A stretch of DNA of 64,000 nucleotides from Eledone cirrhosa (GCA_964016885.1 OZ024755.1:32798001-32862000); one strand, 5' to 3'. Positions 1-15,078 are shown, counted from the stretch's first letter. Made by a program: numbers and translations. The notes: generated from the sequence alone by a model not told the origin.

Positions 1-250
1 GATCTCGGTCCAGTGACATTGTCTTGGAGAGGTGTAAGTGTGTGAGGTCGGAATTTATCAAGTCGTCCCAGGTTTTTCTGGGTCTGCCTACTCCATGGCT
101 ACCATCTATTTTTATCGCCCTGCACTTTTTTATACAGCTGTCGTCTTTCATGCGTATCATGTGACCGTACCGTCTCTGCTGAGACAAACCCATTCAACCC
201 ATATAAGTGGACGTAAAATTATGATGATGATGACGATGATGATGATGATG
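1..250 (-). mobile_element. RTE-LINE 3' fragment plus RTE/SINE-type tail ending in (GAT)n
   Basis: 1-170 minus resembles the RTE C-terminus (GRPRK..W..DRD.W type), like 2140-2290 and 9030-9130; (ATG)n tail at 221-250. Confidence 0.45.
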
Positions 251-794
251 TAAATTTATGATGGCAAAACAAAAAAAAAAACAGTTCTTAACAAGCCTAC
301 TTTAATGAAGTTATCACTTTATAATTAATATTTTCTAATATTAGCATCAATTCATTCACCTTTGCAGACACAAATACCAACAGTGGCAAAACCATCTTTC
401 GTTACATTACACACACTGTCAATAATTTGGCCACCAAATAATGAAGCAACATTGCAAATATTGTTAAATGTGATAAAGTTTAGCAGTGTGCAATTAAAGA
501 ATGACATTGTAATACTTTTCAAAATTGATGTTGTTGCATATATATTTATTTGTTGGTTGGTTGGTAGGTTTTTTTTTTTTTTTTTTTTAGATACAATTTA
601 TTTCCAGTATCTCACCTGGCTAGATATTGAAAATATGGCAACTTTGGAAGATATTGACCTTTCTACATTCTGTAATGGGAAGATTGTATCTTTGTTAATC
701 ACAAAGATCAAAAATATCTCTAACATGCAGCAGATAAATGTTAGAGGTTTATCTTCTGTGGAAGTTGATGTTGTATAGCAAATCATAGATACAC

Positions 795-1345
<551 letters not shown>

Positions 1346-1654
1346 ATATGCTTTTGCAAACACAATCAGGGGCTGCATGCAACCACACATAACATATACA
1401 ACCTGAAGGTTACACACCCACATATATATTACAACATGCATGTGTATGCACGCGCAGAGATGCACACACTTAGCAACTTGTTAATTAAGCAGAAGTAATT
1501 TACAATGAACACAACAATTGCACGCGGCATTGATTATCGATACATCATTAGAAAATTGCAGGTCGTTTGAAGGAGTTGACCGTTGTATAAAAGACGAAGA
1601 GAACTAATTAATCAATAAATGAAATTAGTTCAATATAGAAATAGAGAGTTGATA

Positions 1655-2070
1655 TCATCATCATCATCACTGTTTTACGTCCATTCTTCTACGCTAGCAT
1701 GGGTTAGACAGGTTGTCCTGTTGTGGGCAATGTTAGGCCGGCTGACCTTGTCTTGCTCATACGGGAACTGATTCTGGCTTGATTTCTACAGCTGGATGCC
1801 CTTCCTAACACCAACCTCATTTACAGTGTGGGCTGGGTGCTTTTGTTCTGTGGCGCCTACATGACTACTTTACAGTGTGGGCTGGGTGCTTTTGTTCTGT
1901 GGAGCCTACACGACTACTTTACAGTGTGGGCTGGGTGCTTTTGTTCTGTGGCGCCTACATGACCACTTTACAGTGTGGGCTGGGTGCTTTTTTTCTGTGG
2001 CGCCTACATGACCACTTTACAGTGTGGGCTGGGTGCTTTTTTGCTGTGGCACCTCTATGACCACTTTGCA
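1655..2070 (-). mobile_element. SINE-like element (GGTTGGTGTTAGGAAGGGCATCCAGCTGTAGAAA core, (CAT)n end) with internal 49-bp tandem at about 1821-2070 (about 5 copies)
   Basis: same core at 2345-2510, 3945-4115, 7990-8150 and 8738-8940; unit ttacagtgtgggctgggtgcttttgttctgtggcgcctacatgactact recurs at 1821, 1870, 1919. Confidence 0.7.
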
Positions 2071-2139
2071 GTGGAAAGGGGTGGGGGCATATTGTCTATA
2101 TGCTTCAGCTTCGGCTTGTACCCATGGGAAGTCAGGTCT

Positions 2140-2290
2140 TCTATATTACTGCGTGACGCCAGAGGTCACGGTCCTGTGTCATCGCTTTTGAGAGGTGCAA
2201 TTGGGTAAGGTCAGCTTTTGTCACTTCATCCCATTTCTTCTTGGGTCCCCCCACTCCACGGCTTCCATCGACCAACAGAAACTGTTGAGG
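2140..2290 (-). mobile_element. RTE-clade LINE 3' ORF remnant
   Basis: translation VDGSRGVGGPKKKWDEVTKADL..LSKAMTQDRDLWRHAV. Confidence 0.65.
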
Positions 2291-2326
2291 TGTGCTACAT
2301 GTATGTCTAAAGTCTAAAGTCTGTCT

Positions 2327-3132
2327 TAACTCTTTAGCATTTACACTGTAAATGAGGTTGGTGTGAGGAAGGGCATCCAGCTGTAGAAAACCTGCCAGAG
2401 ACACTTCCGTATGAGCAGACATGGTCTCCCGACCATTCCCACATCAAATGGAATAAAGCCGTCTAACCCGTGCTAGTGCGGAAGATGGATGTTAAACGAT
2501 GATGATGATGATTACGCTATATATACTATTGTATTTTCATGGTAAAGTTTTTATCTTACATCATTATCTCACATAATATCGAATCTATGAGATTTTGATA
2601 TTTGGCAGTATCGGTAGAGGGTTGAGCGCCATGCTCTCTAGCATAGAGTTACTGTCTTTTACGTTCTGAGTTCAAATCACGCTGAGGTTAACTTTGCCTT
2701 TCATCCTTACGGGGGTTGATAAATTAGTGGACCAGTAATGTACTGGGGTAATTGCTGACCTTGTGTCAAAAATAGAAAGAACTATTTGTTTTGAGAACAA
2801 TACCTTCACCAGTAATGCACTGGGGTAATTGCTGACCTTGTGTCAAAAATAGAAAGAACTATTTGTTTTGAGAACAATACCTTCACCAGTAATGCACTGG
2901 GGTAATTGCTGACCTTGTGTCAAAAATAGAAATAACTATTTGTTTTGAGAACAATACCTTCACCAGTAATGCACTGGGGTAATTGCTGACCTTGTGTCAA
3001 AAATAGAAAGAACTATTTATTTTGAGAACAATACCTTCACATAAGTAGAAGCAGCCGGTTACAGCCAGTGTGAACAGAAAGAGGTGAAAGTATTCTGGCC
3101 GGGTACAGCCAGTTTAAATGCTCAAGGGTTAA
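2327..3132 (+). mobile_element. TTAA-flanked piggyBac-like MITE interrupted by two SINEs
   Basis: left ttaa|ctctttagcattt at 2327, right aaatgctcaaggg|ttaa at 3117-3132; internal 2513-2600 matches 4510-4600. Confidence 0.6.
2603..3040 (+). repeat. tRNA-derived SINE whose 3' end plus flank is amplified as a 77-bp tandem (4 copies)
   Basis: GAGTTCAAATC B-box and GCCTTTCATCCTTACGGGG core; unit starts at 2732, 2809, 2886, 2963. Confidence 0.85.
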
Positions 3133-3496
3133 GCCATTTAAGACTGGTTAGACCTTAAAGAGTTTTAGTTTAGTAGTAAAACATAGCCATACTATACTAG
3201 GGATGGTATGTGGTTTATGTTGATAAGATGGTGAGTTTCGTACCCTACCATGTGCAACATACTTCACATTGCTCCAGTCCACTCAACCAATAGAAATGAG
3301 TTGTATCTGTAACTGTAAGGACCAGCCTTGTCATAGACAGTGTTACACTGAATCTCCCTGAGAATTACGTTAAGTGTAGACATATCTGTAGAATGCTGAT
3401 CCATATCAGAAAGCAAGGGGTGGGGGTGGGGTCCAACAACAACAACATCCATACTATAGGTGTATTAAAATTAATTATTGCAATCATATTATATAT

Positions 3497-4115
3497 AGCA
3501 AAAAGCGCCCAGCCTACACTGTAAAGTGGTTGCGTTGGTGACATGACAAAAAGCACCCAGCCTACACTGTAAAGTGGTCATGTAGGTGTCACGCAAAAAG
3601 CACCCAGTCCATACTGTAAAGTGGTTGTGTTGGTGACATGACAAAAGTGGCCAGTACACACTGTAAAGTGGTCATGTAGGTGTCACAACAAAAAGCACCC
3701 AGTCCATACTGTAAAGTGGCCATGTAGGTGTCACGACAAAAAGCAACAGTCCATACTATAAAGTGGTCATGTAGGTGTCATGACAAAAAGCACCCAGTCC
3801 ATACTGTAAAGTGGTCATGTAGGTGTCACGACAAAAAGCACCCAGTCCATACTGTAAAGTGGTTGTGTGAGTGACACGACAAAAAGCACCCAGCCTACAT
3901 TGTGAAGTGGTCGTGTTGGTGACATGACAAAAGCACCCAGTACACACTGTAAATGAGGTTGGTGTTAGGAAGGGCATCCAGCTGTAGAAATCAAGCCAAA
4001 ATTAGTTCTGTATGAGCAAGACATGGTCACCTGACCTAGCATTTCCCCATAACAGGACAACTCGTCTAACCCATGCTAGTGTGGAAAAAATTGACATAAA
4101 ACGGTGATGACGATG
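3497..4115 (+). mobile_element. SINE-like element with internal about 49-bp tandem (about 9 copies, 3497-3955)
   Basis: reverse complement of the 1655-2070 structure. Confidence 0.7.
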
Positions 4116-4489
4116 ATAGCACAATGTTTTACTGTCAAATATACAACATTGCGGAAATGGATAGTGGTACATGAAATTGTGTAACTATAAATAATATTTA
4201 TCTCAAGAATTTGATTAAAATTGCCATCAGCTTTTGATGGCATACAAGTTTATTATAACATAACTGTCACACCATTGTCTTACATCTTATAACAGCTAAG
4301 ATTAAAAACAACCATTACCTAGACATCCTAGACAATGGCACTGGAAATAGTAAAACACAGTTTGGAAATGTAATTCATAATTATTTCTGTTAGATTTATC
4401 TACTGTTTCAGTTAACTGAAGAGTTTAAATTTTACTTAGTGAAACAACTAAAACTCTGAACTAGCCTACAAATTTATCTATCAATTTAT

Positions 4490-5700
4490 TTAACCATTTA
4501 ACATTTACATTACTCTATATATACTATTGTATTTTCATAGTAAAGGCTTTACCTCACATAATATCTCACATATTATCAAAACTAGGACATTTTGATAACA
4601 ATATCTTAACATCAGTGTGAGTGGCCAGGTATGGCCAGTTTGTCAGAAAGGGGTGAGAGAATTCTGGCCAGATACAGCCAGTTTCAACAGAAAGAGGTGA
4701 GAGAATTCTGGCCAGATACAGCCAGTTTGAACAGAAAGGGGTGAGAGAATTCTGGCCAGATACAGCCAGTTTGAACAGAAAGGGGTGAGAGAATTCTGGC
4801 CAGATACAGCCAGTTTGAACAGAAAGAAGTGAGAGAATTCTGGTTGGATACAGCCAGTTTCAACAGAAAGAGGTGAGAGAATTCTGGCCAGATACAGCCA
4901 GTTTGAACAGAAAGAAGTGAGAGAATTCTGGTTGGATACAGCCAGTTTCAACAGAAAGAGGTGAGAGAATTATGGCCGGATATAGCCAGTTTGAACAGAA
5001 AGAGGTGAGAGAATTCTGGTTGGATACAACCAGTTTGAACAGAAAGAAGTGAGAGAATTCTGGCCAGATACAGCCAGTTTCAACAGAAAGAGGTGAGAGA
5101 ATTATGGCCAAATACAGCCAGTTTGAACAGAAAGAAGTGAGAGAATTATGGCCAAATACAGCCAGTTTGAACAGAAAGAAGTGAGAGAATTCTGGCCAAA
5201 TACAGCCAGTTTGAACAGAAAGAAGTGAGAGAATTATGGCCAGATACAGCAAGTCTGAACAGAAAGAAGTGAGAGAATTCTGGTCAGATACAGCCAGTTT
5301 CAACAAAAAGAGGTGAGAGAATTATGGCCAGATACAGCCAGTTTGAACAGAAAGGGGTGAGAGAATTCTGGCCAGATACAGCCAGTTTGAACAGAAAGGG
5401 GTGAGAGAATTCTGGCCAGATACAGCCAGTTTGAACAGAAAGAAGTGAGAGAATTCTGGTTGGATACAGCCAGTTTCAACAGAAAGAGGTGAGAGAATTC
5501 TGGCCAGATACAGCCAGTTTGAACAGAAAGAGGTGAGAGAATTCTGGCCAGATACAGCTAGTTTGAATAGAAAGAAGTGAGAGAATTCTGGTTGGATACA
5601 GCCAGTTTGAACAGAAAGAGGTGAGAGAATTCTGGCCAGATACAGCCAGTTTGAACAGAAAGAAGTGAGAGAATTCTGGTTGGATACAGGCAGTTTAAAT
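4490..5700 (+). repeat. piggyBac-like MITE copy with a 44-bp minisatellite (about 24 copies, 4636-5697)
   Basis: unit cagccagtttgaacagaaagaggtgagagaattctggccagata; single-copy version at 3060-3116. Confidence 0.9.
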
Positions 5701-6089
5701 ATTACGTAGTATGTAGACAGCTTCACAATTTGTGCAACTGTACTGTCATTTTATACATATGATAAAAACAATAATAGCAATAATAATTATTATTATGTAA
5801 TCTCAATAAAGATAAGGAAGAGGACAGGAAATGAATTGGTTTAAAGTACAAGAGATATTTTCCCTAATTACAATTTACTTATGTGGTTGGGACAGCTTTT
5901 AATTAACTAACTACACTGTTTTGGCTCAGCTTATTTCTAGACTATTAATTAAAGTAAATGTTAAAAAAAAATACAACTAATTAGGGTTCAACAAGTACAA
6001 AGTTGTCTTTGGCATTATTTCCATTCATATATTCTTTTTGTGTGTAGATGTAATTCTATCTAACTATCTAACTATCTAGCTGTGTGTGT

Positions 6090-6169
<80 letters not shown>

Positions 6170-6173
<4 letters not shown>

Positions 6174-6375
6174 CGAAGGAAATGTGGTAAGGAACCAGGT
6201 GGACCATAACGCACCAAAGTACTCAATACTTAGGGTAGTAGAGTGGGTAATAGGAACGAGTGGGACCCCGACGGCTGAGCTCAAGCCGTTTCGACGGCTA
6301 ATTCTGGAGTAAATAATTTAGTCCAGAATTAGCCGTCGAAACGGCTTGAGCTCAGCCGTCGGGGTCCCACTCGTT

Positions 6376-6380
<5 letters not shown>
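6170..6380. mobile_element. (TA)n-flanked Penelope-like terminal module with about 60-bp perfect foldback and 3' half of a hammerhead (GAAA-cggct..agccg-UC)
   Basis: arms about 6250-6308 and 6321-6380; family copies at 12742-12870, 23070-23210, 26490-26660, 39235-39375, 49155-49205, 49648-49728. Confidence 0.65.
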
Positions 6381-6431
<51 letters not shown>

Positions 6432-6496
6432 AATGAAGTATTTCCGTAGGAAAAGTAAAGAGAAAGAGAGTGCTCTATGTAGGCTACAGAGCTTTT

Positions 6497-6653
6497 TAGT
6501 TATGTAATAAACAATATAAGATAATTATTTCATTTACCAATGGTTTCTTGAAGAGCTTGACACTTACGTCTGATGAATGAAGACAGACGTAAGTGTCAAG
6601 CTCTTCAAGAAACCATTGATAAATGAAATAATTATCTTATGTTGTTTATTACA

Positions 6654-6659
<6 letters not shown>
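6497..6659 (+). ncRNA. hammerhead ribozyme remnant inside a foldback
   Basis: CTGATGA 6570-6576, stem II tgaaga/tcttca, GAAA 6609-6612; arms 6497-6572 and 6584-6659; same family as 49500-49581. Confidence 0.55.
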
Positions 6660-6700
<41 letters not shown>

Positions 6701-6793
6701 TTGTGTTTGTGTGTCTGACTGTCTCACTCTCTCTCTCTCTATATATATATATGTGTGTGGGTTTGTGTGTGTGATGTTGTTTATTACATAACT

Positions 6794-6833
<40 letters not shown>

Positions 6834-6988
6834 GTCTCACTGCCTCGCTCTCTCTCTCTGTCTATATATATATATATGTGTGTGTGTGTATATATATGTT
6901 CATATGTGTGTCTCTGTATGTATATATACACATACACACATACGCACATATACTTCTACATAAAGGTATGTGTATATATGTCTGTGTT

Positions 6989-7045
<57 letters not shown>

Positions 7046-7192
7046 ATATATATATGTTCATATATATCTATGTGTCTCTGTATGTATATATACACATATA
7101 CACACACACACACACATATACTTCTACATAAAGGTATGTGTATATATATATATGTGTGTGTATATATATATATATGTGTATGTATATATATA

Positions 7193-7247
<55 letters not shown>

Positions 7248-7400
7248 ATATATATATATGTTCATATATATCTATGTGTGTCTCTGTATGTATATATACA
7301 CATATACACATATACACATATACACACACACACACGCACATATACTTCTACATAAAGGTATGTGATGTGTATATATGTCTATGTGTTTGTGTGCAAATAT
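6655..7400. repeat. compound (TA)n/(TG)n microsatellite with local duplications
   Basis: direct inspection; tacttctacataaaggtatgtg recurs three times. Confidence 0.9.
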
Positions 7401-8174
7401 ATTATATTACATTCTTGTAACATCACAGTAGCCTCCTGGGTTTGTGTAAGAATATTTGGAAAGTGTGGCTTTATTATTTATTCATGGCAGAAGGTTCACG
7501 TCAGTACTTTACTATGTCCCACTGGCTTTACATGTAAGTGCATGTATGTGTATGTGAGCATGTAGCTGGCTATTTGGATGTATAAATCTATACTTCAAAA
7601 TTGGCTATATGAAGTATTCAATTTTTTTTTTATTTTTTATTTTTTATTTTTTATTTTTTATTTTTTATTTTTTATTTTTTATTTTTTCCGCGTGCTAATG
7701 TTGTTGTTTGTATTGTTGAACAACTGCTGTCTGAGAAGTCCTGTAGTATGGAGAGCTCACTGAATACACCATATGTCACTCATGTATGGGATCCTGCAGC
7801 TTGCAGTAATATACTGTCTGTTTGTACAGTGTAAAAACAATGTAGCAGATCTAGTGTTTGGTGCAAGCGGAACAACAATGGGTGTTCCATCCAGTTTGTT
7901 AAGTCTGAAGTTTCGGTAAATCTCATTTACTTGGTTAACATATGGTAAACTTGATTCTTTAAGATTTTTATATATATATATCATTTCATTCATTCATTTC
8001 ATTTTACGTCCACTTTTCCCTGCTTGCAAGGGTGGGACGGGAACTGATTCTGGCTTGATTTCTACAGCTGGATGCCCTTCCTAACACCAACCTCATTTAC
8101 AGTGAGTGCTGGGTGCTTTTTTTGCCGTGGCACCTCCACGACCACTTTGCAGTGGAATGATAGAGACCCCAGTC

Positions 8175-8325
8175 CCTATCATCTCATTTCTACAGCTGAG
8201 TAAACTGGAGCAATGTGAAATAAAGTGTCTTGCTCAAGGAAACAACACATCGCCCGGTCTGAGAATTGAACTCACAACCTTTCGATTGCAAGGCCAATGC
8301 TCTAACCACTAAGCCGTGTGCCTCC
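8175..8325 (-). mobile_element. tRNA-derived CORE-like SINE
   Basis: minus strand GGCTTAGTGGTTAGAGC A-box, GAGTTCAATTC B-box, CCTTGAGCAAGACACTTTA; copies at 8530-8730(+), 16710-16855(-), 37420-37840(-), 42300-42525(-), 44370-44500(-). Confidence 0.75.
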
Positions 8326-8330
8326 ATATA

Positions 8331-8361
<31 letters not shown>

Positions 8362-9774
8362 CGTCGTCATTATCATCATCATCATTTTACGTCCGCTTTT
8401 CCCTGCTTGCAAGGGTGGGACGGGTCCTATTCAGCACAGCATCTCTCCACTTGTCACCGTCCTTTTTCATCTCCACCGTGAGCTTCAGCGATCTGAGGTC
8501 TGCTCTCTCACCACCTCTGCCCATGTTTTTTGTGGCTGAGTGGTTAGAGAATTGGACTTGCTTGATTCCTGGACCGGGCGATGTGTTATGTCCTTGAGCA
8601 AGACACTTTATTTCACGTTGCTCTTTCTACCTGGAGTTGCGACTGATAGATAGTATTATCAACGTGAAAGACCAACGGAAACTTTGTTTCCTCGGTCCGA
8701 TTTGTTGCCGAAAGTCAATCGACTGTCTCTCTATATATCATCATCATCATCGTTTAACATCCATCTTCCACGCTAGGATGGGTTAGACGGTTTTGTTCCA
8801 TTTGATGCGCAATTGGTCGGGAGACCATGTCTCACTTGTACGGAACTGTCTCTGGTAGATTTTCTACGGTTGGATACCCTTCCTAACACCAACCACCTTT
8901 ACAGTGTGGACTGGGAGCCTTTTTGTTGTGTCACTGACACAGTGGACAGGAATGGGAGGATGGTGTATGGTGTGTGGGGTGGGGTGTATATTTGGTTAAG
9001 AGGTGCCTACTGACTGTAGGTTTGTATGCAAGGGAAGGTGGGTCTTCTGTACAACTGCATGGCACCAAAGATCTCGATCCAGTGACATTGTCTTAAAGAG
9101 GCCTAAGTGAGCAAGGTCAGTTTTTATCACCTCTATATATCTATATATACATATATATACAAATAAATTATCGAGAATCGGAATCTCGGCCCACGAAATA
9201 ACGAAACACAATCTTCGAAATGCATGGCAAAGGGCTCAATAGTTTGGATAAACCAGAGCTATAACTATCGTTTAAATACCAACACATAGAGACAATGCTT
9301 AAAATCATTCGCACAGCCGAAAAAACGACCAGGAAAATTTGGGTCATACAAATAATAAATTAATAAATTAATAAATTAAATGAATGTAAAATCTATATAT
9401 ATACATATATATATATATAGAGAGAGAGAAATAGCTAGATAGATATATATATATATATATAGATATATATAGATACTTCCAGGCGATCAGTGCATAGACT
9501 ACATGTAAACAAAACAAAACCAACAGAATTCTTAAAATTCAAGCAATATCTGAATCTGAAAGAAACTAATATAGATATATTCTATACTGCATTTAGGACA
9601 AATGAGGCCCTGTACTAGCTAAGTTATGAGGCTCCTTACTTGGGCCCTGAAGGAGGTAATTTTTTGGGGGCAGAATTACTACAAAGGGTTTGAACTTAAG
9701 TTCTTTCTGATCATTTGATTTAGGTGTCTATGTAACAGCAAAATCTTCCTTCATTTTGACAACAGTAATTAGAG

Positions 9775-11502
9775 GGTCTTTGGAGTAACGTGACTCAATA
9801 AAGTGCATAGCTTGGAGATCAGAGAGTCACTTCAGGTAGAACTGCTACTTCTCCAAATTGAGAGATCACAGCTCTGATACTATGGACACGAGGCTAGAAT
9901 GTCACAGAAAAGAATCGCTGGACAGATTTGTAGCTTGGAGATCAAAGAGTCACTCCAGGTAGAGCTGCTACTTCTCCAAATTGAGAGATCACAGCTCTGA
10001 TACTATGGGCATGAGGCTAGAATGTCACAGGAAAGAATCACTGGACAGATTTGTAGCTTGGAGATCAGAGAGTCACTCCAGGTAGAGCTGGTACTTCACC
10101 AAATTGAGAGATCACAGCTCTGATACTATGGGCATGAGGCTAGAATGTTTCAGGAAAGAATCACTGGACAGATTTGTAGCTTGGAGATCAGAGAGTCACT
10201 CCAGGTAGAGCTGCTACTTCTCCAAATTGAGAGATCACAGCTCTGATACTATGGGCATGAGGTTAGAATGTCACAGGAAAGAATCACTGGACAGATTTGT
10301 AGCTTGGAGATCAGAGAGTCACTCCAGGTAGAGCTGCTACTTCTCCAAATTGAGAGATCACAGCTCTGATACTATGGACATGAGGCTAGAATGTTTCAGA
10401 AAAGAATCACTGGACAGATTTGTAGCTTGGAGATCAGAGAGTCACTCCAGGTAGAGTTGCTACTTCTCCAAATTGAGAGATCACAGCTCTGATACTATGG
10501 GCATGAGGCTAGAATGTTTCAGGAAAGAATCACTGGACAGATTTGTAGCTTGGAGATCAGAGAGTCACTCCAGGTAGAGCTGCTACTTCTCCAAATTGAG
10601 AGATCACAGCTCTGATACTATGGACATGAGGCTAGAATGTCACAGGAAAGAATCACTGGACAGATTTGTAGCTTGGAGATCAGAGAGTCACTCCAGGTAG
10701 AGCTGCTACTTCTCCAAATTGAGAGATCACAGCTCTGATACTATGGGCATGAGGCTAGAATGTCACAGGAAAGAATCGCTGGACAGATTTGTAGCTTGGA
10801 GATCAAAGAGTCACTCCAGGTAGAGCTGCTACTTCTCCAAATTGAGAGATCACAGCTCTGATACTATGGGCATGAGGCTAGAATGTCACAGGAAAGAATC
10901 GCTGGACAGATTTGTAGCTTAGAGATCAAAGAGTCACTCCAGGTAGAGCTGCTACTTCTCCAAATTGAGAGATCACAGCTCTGATACTATGGGCACGAGG
11001 CTAGAATGTCACAGGAAAGAATCACTGGACAGATTTGTAGCTTGGAGATCAGAGAGTCACTCCAGGTAGAGCTGCTACTTCTCCAAATTGAGAGATCACA
11101 GCTCTGATACTATGGGCACGAGGCTAGAATGTCACAGGAAAGAATCACTGGACAGATTTGTAGCTTGGAGATCAGAGAGTCACTCCATGTAGAGCTGCTA
11201 CTTCTCCAAATTGAGAGATCACAGCTCTGATACTATGGGCATGAGGCTAGAATGTCACAGGAAAGAATCGCTGGACAGATTTGTAGCTTGGAGATCAAAG
11301 AGTCACTCCAGGTAGAGCTGCTACTTCTCCAAATTGAGAGATCACAGCTCTGATACTATGGGCACGAGGCTAGAATGTCACAGGAAAGAATCACTGGACA
11401 GATTTGTAGCTTGGAGATCAGAGAGTCACTCCAGGTAGAGCTGCTACTTCTCCAAATTGAGAGATCACAGCTCTGATACAATGGGCATGAGACTAGAATG
11501 TC
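9775..11502 (+). repeat. 123-bp tandem array (about 14 copies) derived from an RTE-LINE ORF segment
   Basis: unit starts 9808, 9931, 10054, 10177 ... 11407; translates SLEIRESLQVELLLLQIERSQL*YYGHEARMSQERITGQI, homologous to 43330-43450. Confidence 0.9.
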
Positions 11503-12496
11503 TCTAATTCCCAATAATTCTAATGTGGAGTTTCAGAATAAGCACATCACACATGAATTTTCTTTCTAAATCTGAGGGTGCACATAGGGAGAAAAACGCC
11601 TTCTATTGGTAAACCCTGCCACACATTGGTGACATGCTCTTTAATTAATCCCATAAGGGATTCATCATTATGAGGATGGTACCAGAACTCAGGGTGAGAA
11701 TTGGGTGATCAATATAAAATGAAATGTCTAATCTATGTTTAGTATCATAAACAAAGACGAGAATACGATTAGAAAATATGTTTCTAATTGGAAATAGACA
11801 TTAATTGGAGAGAGAAAGAGAGATTACATATTCATATTATGGCTAGAGCTTGGTATTAAGATTAGGGCAAGTGACCTCAAATATTAGCAAGATAAAAATT
11901 GGTTGGAATGTTGTTAAATGTCGTTAATTTTGTCAAGAATTTCATTTTGCTGTGATGATAGTATGTTAGATATATCCTGTCAAATTTAAATTACTGCTAA
12001 ATACACTTTTTAAAATAATATATTGCAAGAAAACACTCTGATTTATATACACATTAATCAAATAGAAGTGTATGTATATACATAATTTTATGTGTAAATG
12101 TGTTTATTTAAATATATAGCAATGCATATGAACTACTCTATGTAAATATATGTCTAATGCTGTTCCCCTAAATCTGTCTGTTATACACAAGCATATGTGT
12201 AGACATTTAGTTAAATGAAGACTGCAATGTCATACTCTAATACATGTCATACATATATCTATCTATTTTGTCATGAATTCTTCATGTTGACGATTAAAAT
12301 GAATGAGGTTCATTGGTACTTTGCCACAGACACAGTTTTAATGCCAGACCAGAGTTAGAGTACAGATATCACAATTTCCACCCCCCCTTAACTCCTCTTT
12401 ACCCCCCCCCCCCCCCCACCACCACCTTTATTTTATTGCACTATCATTATCCCTATTCTGTGCTTTCTATATTCTATGTTGCCACTTCTCTTTAAA

Positions 12497-13100
<604 letters not shown>

Positions 13101-13200
13101 CTTTATACAACTAAACTAACAACTTCTTACACTTCTAAATCTTGCCTTGTTCTTTTAGCTTCTCATCTCTCTCTATAGCTCTCTCTCTATATATCTCTAT

Positions 13201-13239
<39 letters not shown>

Positions 13240-13447
13240 GTTTTGTCATCTCTTTACTGTTTCTTTCTCTTTAATCTCTAGAATCCTACTTCTAAACTAA
13301 CTCTTGCTTTATCTCCTTTGCATCATATTCTCCTCCCTATCTCCTCTTCTCTCTCTTTATCCATCTCCTTTGCTTCAACTCCCCCTACCTACCTCATCTT
13401 CTCTCTCTCTCTCTCTCTTTCTCTCTATCTCCTTCGCACCATCTCCT

Positions 13448-13502
13448 AGAGAGAGGTAGTGTGGAGCGGCAGTTACCTAACTGCCGCTCCACACTACCTC
13501 TC
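13448..13502. other. perfect about 25-bp-arm hairpin within a CT-rich tract
   Basis: gagaggtagtgtggagcggcagtta-cc-taactgccgctccacactacctctc. Confidence 0.9.
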
Positions 13503-13759
13503 CCTATCTCCCCCTTTTATCTCTACCTATCTCTCTATCCCTCCTCTCCCCTCCCTCTCTATCTCTCCCCCACACCCCCACCCTCAGTCTATCTCTCCAC
13601 ACCATGAAACTTAGATTTCGATGTATCTTAATGTGTTTTAAATTAAAGTAAATCGATGTCTAACAATCATATTCCCTATATTTCTTACGTCTTTCTCTCC
13701 TGCCACCTAATAAACAAATAGAATAGAGACACCGGCTATAGCAGGAGCCAACCACATAA

Positions 13760-14503
13760 ACTACCACCACTACCACTGCTGCTACTACTACCACTACTAC
13801 TGTTACTGCTACTGCTGTTACTTCTACTATTACTGCTACTACCACTACTGTTGCTGCTACTACTACTGCTACGAGCACTGCTGTTACTACTACTACTACT
13901 ACCACTACTACCACTACTGTTACTGCTACTACTACTGCCACTACTACTGCCATTACTGCTACCACCACTAATACTACTACTAATGCCGCTACCACGACCA
14001 CCACCACTACTATTGCTACCACTACTGCTGCTACCACTACGTCTGGCATAACCACCACTGCTACCACTACCACTACTACCAACACCACATCACCACTAAG
14101 ACTGACATAAATTACCATCACAACCACCACCACCACCACCACCACTACCAACAACACTACTACAATTGACAAACACCACAAAACTACCATTACTACCATC
14201 AGCACCTACTACTACCACTACCATCACCACTACCACCACTACTGCTACCATCACCTACCACCACCATCACCTACTACCACCACTACCACCACCACCACTA
14301 CCACCCCCATTGCCACCATCACCTACTACCACTACCACCACCTTCACCACTGCCACCACCACTACCACCGCCACTACCACTGCCACCACTGCCACCGCCA
14401 CTACCACTGCCACCAACACTGCCATCATCACCACTACCTTCACCACTGCCACCATCACCACTACCTTCACCACTGCCACCATCACCTACCACTACTACTA
14501 CTA
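13760..14503. repeat. (ACT/ACC/GCT)n trinucleotide low-complexity tract
   Basis: direct inspection. Confidence 0.95.
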
Positions 14504-15078
14504 TAACAGGAAACAAAGCTAAATGAGAAAATGTTAATGACATACTGCATACATTTCTCTTTTACTCCTCTAACCGCCCCTCCCCCCTCCTCACACTCTC
14601 ATTTGCGTTCTTCTTTGTTCTCTCAACTTTCCGTCACTCTCTTTTTCTCTCTCACACTCTCTCCCCCCTCTCTCTGTTTTTCTCTACTCAATGGCGGCTT
14701 CCTAACTGCTCCTCCCACCACCACTCTGGTATTTGTGTATGTGTGTGTTTGCACACGCGCTCGCTCGCCTGTGTTTTGTGATTTATAGACTAAAAACAAC
14801 AACAACAACAAACAAACAAACAAACAAACAAACAAAGCACGAAACCCCGAACCCTGTGGTCCTCTCTCCTCTCCCCCCCCCCCCCCTCTCTCTCTCTTGC
14901 TATGACAAGAAGTAATATGTCGTCTGCTTTCGGTCTCAAATTCTCACTGCAAGATATTTTCAGTCTTGTCAACGAAGTTGAAAAAATACGTTACAAACAA
15001 GACTGAACAAGCATCAACAGCAGCGGTTTGATCAACAATAATAAAAGAGGTTGAACTCATTTTTTTTTTTTTTTACTA

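Noticed and set aside
7684-7993. Unique-looking segment with 60-78 aa ORFs
   Set aside because: Stops in all frames, no recognisable domain, and no convincing splice pair
14917-15006. Short ORF MSSAFGLKFSLQDIFSLVNEVEKIRYKQD
   Set aside because: Too short and without supporting motifs
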